NCBI GenBank assembly: GCA_002316345.1
Contig: DCDI01000115.1
Coordinates: 1 to 53,631 of the forward strand
DNA from: Phyllobacteriaceae bacterium UBA1059
GTDB lineage: Bacteria > Pseudomonadota > Alphaproteobacteria > Rhizobiales > Rhizobiaceae
Direction: 5' to 3'
Length of the DNA: 53,631 nucleotides
The notes below the pieces were generated by a model, which had not been told where the DNA came from, made no database searches, and was given only the letters and a program-made list of their open reading frames with translations. Both the position numbers and the translations under genes were made by a program. The stretch's first letter is position 1; every line of letters begins with the position of its first letter. Positions 10,989-20,148 of the stretch are shown here, in pieces.

Positions 10989-11945
10989 CTATTCATATTG
11001 AAGTGGCGAGATAAGCATGTCCCATAGGAGCTCGGCGCCCCCTTCATACGTCATCTTCTGATCCCGGCCGCCGGTTCGTACGATACTCATTCCCATGCTC
11101 CGCAGGAAAAGGCCCTGCTCGTCACTGTCGACACGCAGCTGCTCGTTGAAACCGTTCCGCTCGGATTGCGAGTAGGAAATCCCCTTCCCCATCTCCTCAC
11201 CGAGGGTCACCCAGCACCGTGATACCTCCTTGCCGTGGCGGTAGATCTTCGCCGAGAAGCGGTTGCCGCTGATCTGGCGGAACGACGTGTCGACATCGGT
11301 ATGGCGCATCTTCAGTTCTTCAAGGGAATTGTCGAAGAAGCGCTCGATGTAGGCGTAGGCCTCCTCGAGGAACTGGTCACGATCACGGTCCGAAAACCGC
11401 TTGCTGACAGCCAGATTGCTCGACCTCGGACCTGCCCCGCGCACGGGCATGGCTGAAGGCGGCACGTTCCGCTGCACGTTTCGGAAGGGATCGGCCTGAG
11501 GAGCGCTACCTTTGGCTTCAAGCGCCTTGCGAATGGCAACCGTCACAACCTGGAAGGCTTCATCCAGATCGGCCCAGGCCCGTATGGGTTTGCCATCCGT
11601 CGGCGTTGCCAGGAGTTTGCCGAAGGGCGCCGCGTGCCAGTCGCAATGCCGCAGGATCACGGGAATGACCACCGCTTCACCCGCACGGTGGCGCTCCAGC
11701 GCACGCGCCAGTTCAACATCGTAACAGTAGTCAGATGCCAGGAAGTCCGGACTTACCAGCAGGAGTATAACGTCCGCCGCCTCCAGATTGTCACTGATGG
11801 CGCGATCCAGTTCATCTCCCACGATGATGCGGCGATCATGCCAGGTTTCGATCAGCCCCTGCCGCTGGAGCATCTTGAGAGAGACTTCAAGACGATCCCT
11901 CAGTTCCTCATCCTTGTGCGTGTACGAGAAAAAGACTTTCGCCAT
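10989..11945 (-). CDS. TIR-domain protein with an uncharacterised C-terminal domain, 318 aa
   Basis: KVFFSYTHKD, WHDRRI and LLVSPDFLASDYCYDVE (TIR boxes with the Glu at the usual catalytic position); AGAGGA RBS. Confidence 0.85.
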   Translation of the reverse strand: MAKVFFSYTHKDEELRDRLEVSLKMLQRQGLIETWHDRRIIVGDELDRAISDNLEAADVILLLVSPDFLASDYCYDVELARALERHRAGEAVVIPVILRHCDWHAAPFGKLLATPTDGKPIRAWADLDEAFQVVTVAIRKALEAKGSAPQADPFRNVQRNVPPSAMPVRGAGPRSSNLAVSKRFSDRDRDQFLEEAYAYIERFFDNSLEELKMRHTDVDTSFRQISGNRFSAKIYRHGKEVSRCWVTLGEEMGKGISYSQSERNGFNEQLRVDSDEQGLFLRSMGMSIVRTGGRDQKMTYEGGAELLWDMLISPLQYE

Positions 11946-12223
11946 TGGTCCTCTTTGCTCCGACTTGGGAACCCTTGCCGCTCGTGCGCGAGCTTCCCCG
12001 GATTGGCATTACCGTATTCCTCGATGACATAGCGCCCTATCTTGGCGCTTCGATAGGGCGACAAGGGGGGTCGCCGTTAGCGGAGCTAAACGGAAGCGCT
12101 ATAATAGGTTTTGAGAAGCGCTTTGCCAAAGTTGCCCGCACTTGGCAGACGTTGCGAAAGTCTAAACCATGCATTCGATAGCGCTAGGCTTTGTTACTCC
12201 CATAATTCGCGTATTTTCCTGAT

Positions 12224-12445
12224 TCAACTCCCTTCTCCAAGCGCCTGCTTTCCATTCTCACTCCACAGCGTCCGCGCATGCTCCGCGTGGTCGCTCCGCA
12301 GCTTCCCCGCCATCCAGAGCAGCCCTCCATAGATCACGGCACGATCATCGCCGGTCAGCTCTACAACGCCCGCTTTGATGACGAGCCCGCCGAGCTCGAT
12401 CAGATACCGCGTCCGCTTGCGGCGCTCCACTTGCCAGCTACGCAT
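12224..12445 (-). CDS. traD: Conjugal transfer accessory protein TraD
   Basis: MRSWQVERRKRTRYLIELGGLVIKAG is typical of rhizobial TraD; located next to traA. Confidence 0.8.
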   Translation of the reverse strand: MRSWQVERRKRTRYLIELGGLVIKAGVVELTGDDRAVIYGGLLWMAGKLRSDHAEHARTLWSENGKQALGEGS

Positions 12446-12446
12446 G

Positions 12447-12773
12447 TCATGCCTCGCCTGTGCTGCCTGATGACGGTTGCGTGCTGCCTTGTTGCGACGG
12501 ATCGCTGTTGATGTCGCGCTGAGGTGCTGGCGCATTTCGCCGCGACCTAGCTTGAAAGAACGCGGCGCCGCGCCTAGCCCACGCCTCCCGTTTCGTTGCG
12601 TCCTTTGTTTCCGCCAGCACGATCAACGCACCAGCAAGTTCCTCAGCACTGAAGGCATCTGCTCCCGTCGCAATCACCAGCTCACCAAGTTGCTGAACCT
12701 TGCGGGTCTTCAGCTCCTTGGCCTTGTCTTCCAGCGCCTTCAGCTCGGCGTCAAAGTCTCGCGGTTTGCGCAT
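12447..12773 (-). CDS. traC: Conjugal transfer accessory protein TraC
   Basis: MRKPRDFDAELKALEDKAKELKTRKVQQLGELVIATGAD; divergent from traA. Confidence 0.75.
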   Translation of the reverse strand: MRKPRDFDAELKALEDKAKELKTRKVQQLGELVIATGADAFSAEELAGALIVLAETKDATKREAWARRGAAFFQARSRRNAPAPQRDINSDPSQQGSTQPSSGSTGEA

Positions 12774-12885
12774 CGTCGGCTCCATTCGTTGTCGATGCAC
12801 TGATGCTAGTTCAGTCTGTTCTGGAAGGCTTCCCTGTTGCCGGGACCGGCTGTGACGGCTTGATCCCGCCCGAGATTTTAATCGA

Positions 12886-12918
12886 GGAGGGCGCGCTTAT
12901 ACGTCGTTCCGACGTCGC
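12886..12918. other. MOBQ-type origin of transfer (oriT)
   Basis: GGAGGGCGCGCTTATACGTCG resembles the Ti/RSF1010-family nic region, followed by the inverted repeat ACGTCG-ttc-CGACGT; lies between divergent traC and traA. Confidence 0.75.
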
Positions 12919-12946
12919 TTTTCCCGTGCTGATGATCGTCCCTGCC

Positions 12947-15900
12947 ATGGCGATCTATCACCTCCACGTCAAAGTCATCGGCCGCAAGGCTGGCTCGAGT
13001 GCGGTGGCGTCTTCTGCCTATCGATCAGCCTCCCGGCTGCGTGACGATCGCATCGATCGTGTGCAGGATTTTTCCGCAAAGCGCGGCGTCGTTCATTCCG
13101 AGGTGCTGCTGCCGGATGGTGCGCCGGATCGCTGGTCCGATCGCGAGCAGCTGTGGAACGATGTCGAAGCCTGTGAAGTTCGTCGCGATGCCCAGCTTGC
13201 CCGCGAGGTCGAGTTTGCCATCCCACGTGAGCTGAACCAGGCACAAGGCACTGAGCTTGCCCGCTCCTTTGCGCAAACGGAGTTCGTCGATCACGGCATG
13301 GTTGCCGATCTCAACGTGCATTGGGACTTTGCCGAAGACGGCAGCCCCAAGCCGCATGCCCATGTCATGCTCACCATGCGCCAGATTGAGGTCAACGGCG
13401 ATGAGATTGGCTTCGGCGCAAAGGTGCGGGATTGGAACCGCACCGAGCTTGTTGAGCGCTGGCGGCGACGCTGGGCCGAGCATGTCAATGAACGGCTAGC
13501 CGAGCTCGACATCGACACGCGGATTGATCACCGCAGCCTGGAGCAACAGGGCATTGATCTAGAGCCGCAAAGCCAGATCGGCGCACCGGCACAGCGCATC
13601 GAACAACAGGAACTGGCCGTCGACGTGAGCGAAGCCGATCGCGCTGCTTTGCATCGTGAGATCGCGCGCGGCAATGGCGAGCGCATCATCGCCGATCCTC
13701 AGCTGGCATTAAACGCCATCACCAATCAGCAATCGACCTTCACGCAGCGCGACCTGGCGCGCTTTGTTCATCGCCACAGCGACGGCATGGAGCAGTTCAA
13801 CACCGTCATGGTCGCGGTTCGTGGCGCACCGGATGTCGTTCAGCTCGGCACCGACACACGCGGCGAAAAGCGCTTCACCACGCGGCAGATGATCGAGACC
13901 GAACAGCGCCTGCATCGCGCTGCCGATCTGATGGCGCAGCGTGAACGGCATAAGGTCGGAGATAGCTACAGGAAAGCCGCGCTGGCTCACGCCGAACAAC
14001 GCGGCTTGGTTCTATCCGGTGAGCAGTCTGACGCCTTGGTGCACATCACGGAAGGGCGTGGTCTCGGCATCATTGTTGGTCATCCCGGCACGGGTAAAAG
14101 CGCCATGCTTGGCGTTGCAGGCGAAGCCTGGGAAGCCGCCGGCTACCAAGTCCGCGGTGCTGCCTTGTCTGGCATTGCAGCCGAGAACCTTGAAGGCGGA
14201 TCCGGCATTGCGTCACGTACCGTTGCCAGCCTTGAACACAGCTGGAGCCAAGGTCGTGATCAGCTCACCCGCCGCGATGTTCTGATCATCGACGAAGCCG
14301 GCATGGTGGGTACACGGCAGCTTGAGCGCGTGCTGTCCCATGCAGCTGATGCCGGCGCCAAGGTTGTGCTGGTGGGTGATCCACAACAGCTGCAAGCCAT
14401 CGAAGCCGGCGCTGCCTTTCGCTCGCTTCACGAGCGTCACGGCGGCGCAGAGATCGGTGAAGTCAGGCGCCAGCGTGATGACTGGCAGCGTGAGGCAACG
14501 CGCGATCTGGCAACAAGCAGAACCGGCGACGCGATCCGCAGCTATGACCGCCATGGCATGGTGCATGCGGCGCCAACACGTGAGCAGGCACGCGCGGATC
14601 TGATCGAGCGCTGGGATCGTGATCGGCAAGCGTCACCGGATCAAAGCCGCATTATCCTGACCCACACCAATGCGGAAGTCCGTTCGCTCAACGAAGCGGC
14701 GCGTGAGCGCATGCGCGATGCAGGTGGTCTTGGGGAGGATCTAAGCCTGACAGTGGAGCGGGGCGCTCGCAGCTTCGCGAGCGGCGACCGCGTCATGTTC
14801 CTGCAGAACGAGCGCAGCCTTGGCGTGAAGAACGGCACGCTCGGTACCGTGGGACATGTCACTACACAAACCATGCAGGTGCACATCGATGATGGTCGAT
14901 CGGTCCGCTTTGACCTGAAGGACTACAACCGCATTGATCATGGCTATGCCGCCACCATCCACAAGGCGCAGGGCCTGACGGTGGACCGTACCTATGTGCT
15001 GGCGACACCAGGCTTGGATGCTCATGGCAGCTACGTGGCGCTGTCACGTCACCGCGAGAGCATGGCACTGCATTATGGCGGCGATGACTTCGCCGACGAG
15101 AAGCAACTGATCCGCACCCTATCGCGCGAGCGCGCCAAGGACATGGCGTCCGACTACGACCAGCGAGACCCGGCACAAGACTATGCCGAACGACGCGGCA
15201 TCACCTTCCGCGCCCGTGTGGCTGAGATCGTGCGCAAGATCGTGCCCGAGCATCTGCGCGACAGGGTCGATGCGATGCTGGGAAAGGGGCGGCAACCGGA
15301 AACAGGAGGGTCGAGCGATAAACCGGAGCGGCGACCGGAACGGGAGGAAAGAGGGGTTGAAGTCAGTCCAGGCGGACAGCAAACGACGAGGCCAGAAGGC
15401 GTGCGCGATCAAACGCCAGCGGAACCTCAGCCGATGCTCGACGAGGAGGCTCTTCAGCGCAGAGCGCGCACAAAGGCGCTGGTCCGGCATGCACGCGTCG
15501 TGGATGCAATCCTCAACAATGGGGATGCAGACGGTAAGATCACGCCTGAGCAAACGCGCCAGCTGACAGACGCAAGGAAGGCCTTCGACGACGTCCGCCC
15601 GCATGGCTGGCGCGATGCCGAAGCCGCTTACACCAAGGATCCGAGCCTGGTCAGCGAAGCGGCTTCAGGACGAACCGCACGTACCATCCGCGCCTTGCAG
15701 CTTGAGGCCGAGCTGCGCACTGATCCGCAGCGCCGCGCCGACCGCTTTGTGGAGCGCTGGCAGAAGCTCGAGCGAACAAGCCAGCACCACTACCAGGCTG
15801 GTGACATGTCGGCTTATCAATCCACGCGAGCAACCATGGGAGCCATGGCAAAAAGCCTCGAGCGTGACCCACAGCTGGAGTCCATCCTCGCCAGCCGCAG

Positions 15901-15997
15901 CAAAGAGCTCGGCATCACCATCGACTCAGGTCGCGGCCTTGGACAAGCGCTCGCGATCTCCCACGGCCTGGCACGCGGCAGAGGCATCGGGTTGTAG
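12947..15997 (+). CDS. traA: Ti-type conjugative relaxase-helicase TraA (MOBQ)
   Basis: Start MAIYHLHVKVI at 12947; SAYRS tyrosine, PHAHVML HUH motif, RecD-like helicase motifs GHPGTGKS, IIDEAGM and YAATIHKAQG. Confidence 0.95.
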   Translation: MAIYHLHVKVIGRKAGSSAVASSAYRSASRLRDDRIDRVQDFSAKRGVVHSEVLLPDGAPDRWSDREQLWNDVEACEVRRDAQLAREVEFAIPRELNQAQGTELARSFAQTEFVDHGMVADLNVHWDFAEDGSPKPHAHVMLTMRQIEVNGDEIGFGAKVRDWNRTELVERWRRRWAEHVNERLAELDIDTRIDHRSLEQQGIDLEPQSQIGAPAQRIEQQELAVDVSEADRAALHREIARGNGERIIADPQLALNAITNQQSTFTQRDLARFVHRHSDGMEQFNTVMVAVRGAPDVVQLGTDTRGEKRFTTRQMIETEQRLHRAADLMAQRERHKVGDSYRKAALAHAEQRGLVLSGEQSDALVHITEGRGLGIIVGHPGTGKSAMLGVAGEAWEAAGYQVRGAALSGIAAENLEGGSGIASRTVASLEHSWSQGRDQLTRRDVLIIDEAGMVGTRQLERVLSHAADAGAKVVLVGDPQQLQAIEAGAAFRSLHERHGGAEIGEVRRQRDDWQREATRDLATSRTGDAIRSYDRHGMVHAAPTREQARADLIERWDRDRQASPDQSRIILTHTNAEVRSLNEAARERMRDAGGLGEDLSLTVERGARSFASGDRVMFLQNERSLGVKNGTLGTVGHVTTQTMQVHIDDGRSVRFDLKDYNRIDHGYAATIHKAQGLTVDRTYVLATPGLDAHGSYVALSRHRESMALHYGGDDFADEKQLIRTLSRERAKDMASDYDQRDPAQDYAERRGITFRARVAEIVRKIVPEHLRDRVDAMLGKGRQPETGGSSDKPERRPEREERGVEVSPGGQQTTRPEGVRDQTPAEPQPMLDEEALQRRARTKALVRHARVVDAILNNGDADGKITPEQTRQLTDARKAFDDVRPHGWRDAEAAYTKDPSLVSEAASGRTARTIRALQLEAELRTDPQRRADRFVERWQKLERTSQHHYQAGDMSAYQSTRATMGAMAKSLERDPQLESILASRSKELGITIDSGRGLGQALAISHGLARGRGIGL

Positions 15998-16131
15998 ACC
16001 CAAACCATCCGATTTGCCGCCGATCCTGCGCCGGCATACTACGGCCCCAACAGCGAGCTTGTGCAGCCGCGGCGGCTTGTTCTGTCTGGCTCAGAAACCG
16101 TCAGGAAAGCTCAGCCAGAGGCACCGAAGCC

Positions 16132-16347
16132 ATGCCAGCACCAGATCGCATCATCCGCATGAAGACCGTGCTCGCCCGCACCGGCCTATCGCGATCAACC
16201 ATCTACCGCAAGATCGCTGAAGGGACCTTCCCAGGGCAGATGAAGATCAGCGCTAACGGCACAGGCTGGCACGAAAGCGAGGTGAACCGATGGATCGACG
16301 ATCCGACTAAGTGGCGGCCACAGAGCGTGGTTGACGTGGATCTTTGA
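16132..16347 (+). CDS. AlpA-family helix-turn-helix regulator / excisionase-like protein
   Basis: IIRMKTVLARTGLSRSTIYRKIAEGTFP...GWHESEV. Confidence 0.85.
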   Translation: MPAPDRIIRMKTVLARTGLSRSTIYRKIAEGTFPGQMKISANGTGWHESEVNRWIDDPTKWRPQSVVDVDL

Positions 16348-16418
16348 AAAACAGGACATCTAACTTTGCAGATACAGTCCAAAGTTGCGCAGTCTAATTC
16401 ATGGAGCTGTTCAGTGCC

Positions 16419-16892
16419 TCAACGCTTGTCTTCGATCGGCAAAACGAAACCTGCCTTGACCCGGTCCATTACCACCATCGTCTTGAAGCCTTTGATGTCG
16501 TGGTTCTCATAGAAAAAGCGCCGGGTGAACGCTTCATAATCTTCCATGTCCCTCGCCGTGACCACGAGCATGAAGTCGGCATCCCCCGTCACGTAATAGC
16601 CGACCATCACTTCCTTTGTGGCTCGTATTGCTGCTTTGAAGCGATCGACGATGTCTGCCCGCTCGCGTTCAAGCGAAACAAGCACGATCATCGTGATTCC
16701 GCGCCCGACTGCCTTCGGCGAGATGATGGCGACGTCGGCTTCGATCACGCCTTCCTCGCGTAAGCGCTTCAACCGCCTTTGGCAGGCTGTCGGAGACAGG
16801 TTGGCGAGTTCGGCAAGCTCATCCGAAGTCAGCCGGTTGTTCTTCTGGACCGCTTCCAGCAAGGCACGGTCGGCGCGATCGAGGTTGGTCAT
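16419..16892 (-). CDS. Lrp/AsnC-family regulator of ectoine catabolism (DoeX-like)
   Basis: LDRADRALL...LSPTACQRRLKRL HTH and VTGDADF motif; divergent from the ectoine catabolic genes. Confidence 0.9.
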   Translation of the reverse strand: MTNLDRADRALLEAVQKNNRLTSDELAELANLSPTACQRRLKRLREEGVIEADVAIISPKAVGRGITMIVLVSLERERADIVDRFKAAIRATKEVMVGYYVTGDADFMLVVTARDMEDYEAFTRRFFYENHDIKGFKTMVVMDRVKAGFVLPIEDKR

Positions 16893-17010
16893 GCAGTTTT
16901 CCTGCGTAATATCCGAGAATAAGCTTTTTTCCTGCGCAAATTTCTAAGCTGACGCAGCCTTTCAATGATTGCCGTCCGCTACGCTCATGTAAACCCATGG
17001 AGCTCCTTCA

Positions 17011-18489
17011 ATGCACGGCATTGCTGTCCAATCCTTCCGAAATCTTGCACGCCCGGATTTGCTCGAGCACCGCGCCTTTCTGGACGGAGCATGGGTGGCG
17101 CGCGAAAAGACCTTGGCGGTGATCGATCCTGCGAACGGCGAACATCTTTCGGACGTGGCAGCCTGCACGCTGGAGGATGCCGATGCAGCCGTTGAGGCTG
17201 CGCAAGATGCCTTCATGGAATGGCGCGACCGGCTTCCCGCTGAACGCGGCCTGATCCTGCGTGGATGGGCAAACCTGATGCGTCAGCATGCGCAGGACCT
17301 GGCCGTCATCATGACCGCCGAGCAAGGCAAGCCTCTGTCGGAAGCGCTTGGCGAAATTACCTATGCCGCGAACTTCCTGGATTGGTTCGCGGCCGAAGGC
17401 GAGCGCGCTTACGGCGAAACCATCCCTAGCCACCTGCCCGGCAGCCGTCTGTCGGTCCAAATGCAGCCGCTCGGGGTCGCTGTGGCGATAACACCTTGGA
17501 ATTTTCCAACCGCGATGATCACCCGCAAGGCGGGCGCGGCATTGGCTGCCGGCTGCACCATGATCGTCAAACCGGCGCCTGAAACACCACTGTCTGCGCT
17601 CGCTTTGGCCAAGCTTGCGCAAGAAGCAGGTATGCCGACCGGTGTCTTCCAGGTCGTGACCGGCGAGGCAGCGCCGCTGGCAAAGCGTCTGCTGGAGCAT
17701 ACGCAAGTGCGCGCCTTTTCCTTTACAGGCTCAACGGAAGTCGGGCGTATTCTACTCACGCAGTCTGCTGCAACGATCAAGAAAGCGTCGCTTGAGCTTG
17801 GCGGCCATGCACCCTTCATCGTCTTTAAGGATTCCGAGATCGCGACGGCCGTTAAAGGTTGCATCGGCGCGAAATTCGCCACATCCGGTCAGGATTGCCT
17901 CGCGGCCAACCGCATCTATGTGCAGCGCAACATCTATGACGGCTTCGTCGACGCCTTCGCGACAGCCACCAGGCAGTTGCGAGTCGGCCACGGGTTAGAA
18001 CCGGGCGTCGACATCGGCCCGATGACACGCCCAGCAGTGGCGGAAAAGTGCCGGCAGCAGATTGCGCAGGCGCTAGCCGCGGGCGCGCGCCTCGTTTGCG
18101 GCGGTCAGGACAGCCCGATTGGCGGCAACTTTGTTCCCCCCACCGTTCTGGCTGATGTGACGGAAGACATGCTGATTGCGCGTGAAGAGACCTTCGGTCC
18201 GGTTGCCGCAATTCTTCCCTTCGATGACGAAAGCGAAGTCATTGCTCGCGCCAATGCCACCGAAATGGGCCTCGCAGCCTATGTCTATACCAACGATCTC
18301 AGCCGCGCGATGCGCCTGTCCAACCGGCTCGAATACGGCATGGTTGCCGTTAACACACCCAAATTCACCGGCGCGCCGATCCCGTTCGGCGGGTGGAAAC
18401 AATCCGGCCTCGGCCGCGAGGGATCGCGTCACGGTCTCTCCGAGTACCTCGAAGCGAAATACATCTGCTTCGGCAATCTTGCTGCCTGA
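17011..18489 (+). CDS. NAD(P)-dependent aldehyde dehydrogenase, succinate-semialdehyde dehydrogenase family (DoeC-like)
   Basis: ITPWNFP, FTGSTEVG, LELGG, catalytic GQDC, EETFGP, PFGGWKQSG. Confidence 0.92.
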   Translation: MHGIAVQSFRNLARPDLLEHRAFLDGAWVAREKTLAVIDPANGEHLSDVAACTLEDADAAVEAAQDAFMEWRDRLPAERGLILRGWANLMRQHAQDLAVIMTAEQGKPLSEALGEITYAANFLDWFAAEGERAYGETIPSHLPGSRLSVQMQPLGVAVAITPWNFPTAMITRKAGAALAAGCTMIVKPAPETPLSALALAKLAQEAGMPTGVFQVVTGEAAPLAKRLLEHTQVRAFSFTGSTEVGRILLTQSAATIKKASLELGGHAPFIVFKDSEIATAVKGCIGAKFATSGQDCLAANRIYVQRNIYDGFVDAFATATRQLRVGHGLEPGVDIGPMTRPAVAEKCRQQIAQALAAGARLVCGGQDSPIGGNFVPPTVLADVTEDMLIAREETFGPVAAILPFDDESEVIARANATEMGLAAYVYTNDLSRAMRLSNRLEYGMVAVNTPKFTGAPIPFGGWKQSGLGREGSRHGLSEYLEAKYICFGNLAA

Positions 18490-18503
18490 AAGGAGCTTGG
18501 CTC

Positions 18504-19907
18504 ATGACCATCAATCTCACCCGGATCGCAGAGATGGACCGCAACTCGGTCCTGCATCCGTTTACACAGCTCAAGGATTTCGCGTCCGGCAAGATGGGCG
18601 ATCCCACCATTGTCGAAACGGCCAAGGGCATCCGCATCCAGGACGCGCATGGCAAAGAGCTGATCGACGGTTTCGCCGGTCTTTATTGCGTCAATGTCGG
18701 CTATGGCCGCACCGAAGTCGCCGAAGCGATCGCCAAGCAAGCCTATCGCCTCGCCTATTACCACTCCTACGCCGCCCACACGACGGATGAGCTTGCCATT
18801 CTTTCCGACCGCCTTGTGAAGATGGCGCCTGGCAAGATGAGCAAGGTCTTCTATGGCATGTCCGGTTCGGACGCCAACGAGACCCAGGCCAAGCTCGTCT
18901 GGTACTACAGCAACCTTCGCGGCAAGCCGAACAAGAAGAAGATCATCTCGCGCGAACGCGGCTATCACGGCTGCAGCGTCGTTTCCGGTTCCATGACCGG
19001 CATGAGCTTCTATCATGACCACATGGACCTGCCGCGCGCAGGCATCCTGCACACTGGCGCACCGCATCATTATTGGGGCGCGGAAGCCGGCGAGACCGAG
19101 GTGGAATTCTCCAAGCGCCGCGCGAGCGAACTCGAAGCGCTGATCCTGCGCGAAGACCCCGATACGATCGGCGCCTTTATCGCCGAGCCCGTGCTTGGAA
19201 CCGGTGGCATCACCCCGCCGCCTGAGAACTATTGGGAAGAGATCCAGGCCGTTCTGAAGAAGTACGATATTCTACTGATTGCCGATGAGGTCATCACCGG
19301 CTTCGGACGGACCGGTTCAATGTTTGGATCACAGCATTACGGCATTGAGCCAGACCTCATCACGGTGGCAAAGGGTTTAACCTCCGCCTACTTCCCGCTA
19401 TCGGGCGCCATTGTCGGCGAGAAGGTGTTCAAGGTCATGGAAGACGGTGCCGACCGCGTCGGATCCTTCTCGCACGGTTATACCTATTCCGGCCATCCAA
19501 TTGGTGCGGCTGCCGCCAACGCTGTCCTCGACATTGTCGAGAAGGAAAACCTGCCGGGCAATGCTCGCGTAGTGGGCGGCTATTTCCAGGAGCAGCTTCG
19601 AGCCAAATTCGCACAGCTCCCGATCATCGGTGAGGTGCGCGGAGTTGGCCTGATGGGTGCCATCGAGTTCGTGGCGGATCGCGAGAAGAAGACGCGCTTT
19701 GAGCCGGGGCTGACGGTTGGAGCCCGAGTGTCGAAAGCCGCGCGCAATCGTGGCCTCATCGCGCGCGCCATGCCGCATGGGGACATCCTCGGCTTTGCGC
19801 CACCGCTCGTGACGACCAAGGCCGAGATCGACGAAATCGTCTCCATCGCGGAAAGCGCCGTGCGATCGGTCATGGATGAACTGGTCCAGGAAGGTCAGAA
19901 AGTCTGA
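18504..19907 (+). CDS. Class III aminotransferase, likely diaminobutyrate transaminase (DoeD-like)
   Basis: LLIADEVITGFGRTG and TVAKGLTS PLP-lysine motifs; AAGGAG RBS before ATG 18504. Confidence 0.88.
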   Translation: MTINLTRIAEMDRNSVLHPFTQLKDFASGKMGDPTIVETAKGIRIQDAHGKELIDGFAGLYCVNVGYGRTEVAEAIAKQAYRLAYYHSYAAHTTDELAILSDRLVKMAPGKMSKVFYGMSGSDANETQAKLVWYYSNLRGKPNKKKIISRERGYHGCSVVSGSMTGMSFYHDHMDLPRAGILHTGAPHHYWGAEAGETEVEFSKRRASELEALILREDPDTIGAFIAEPVLGTGGITPPPENYWEEIQAVLKKYDILLIADEVITGFGRTGSMFGSQHYGIEPDLITVAKGLTSAYFPLSGAIVGEKVFKVMEDGADRVGSFSHGYTYSGHPIGAAAANAVLDIVEKENLPGNARVVGGYFQEQLRAKFAQLPIIGEVRGVGLMGAIEFVADREKKTRFEPGLTVGARVSKAARNRGLIARAMPHGDILGFAPPLVTTKAEIDEIVSIAESAVRSVMDELVQEGQKV

Positions 19908-20148
19908 TCCCTCGAAGTCTGGGCGGATCTGGTTAGTCTGCCCAGCACGACGGCGAAAATGCGGGTTCAAGGACCCGAAATCTCGGAAAAAAAGCGGGTC
20001 GAGATACCGGCTGAAATGCCGGATCTGGGCCGCCGAATCGGTGTTTTCCGGAAGCAAATTCCGGTTTTTCCCACCCAATTGACGCTTCAAACTGGCGTTT
20101 GAGCGTGCATAATGTCATGAAATCGTCTGTGAGAAGCGAGACAATTTC

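Noticed and set aside
12803..12946. N-terminal extension of TraA in the ORF track
   Set aside because: It spans oriT; the family start MAIYHL is at 12947.
19908..20148. Intergenic stretch with short repeated words and TTGACG/CATAAT
   Set aside because: Repeats are too short and irregular, and the -35/-10 spacing of 23 nt is not canonical.
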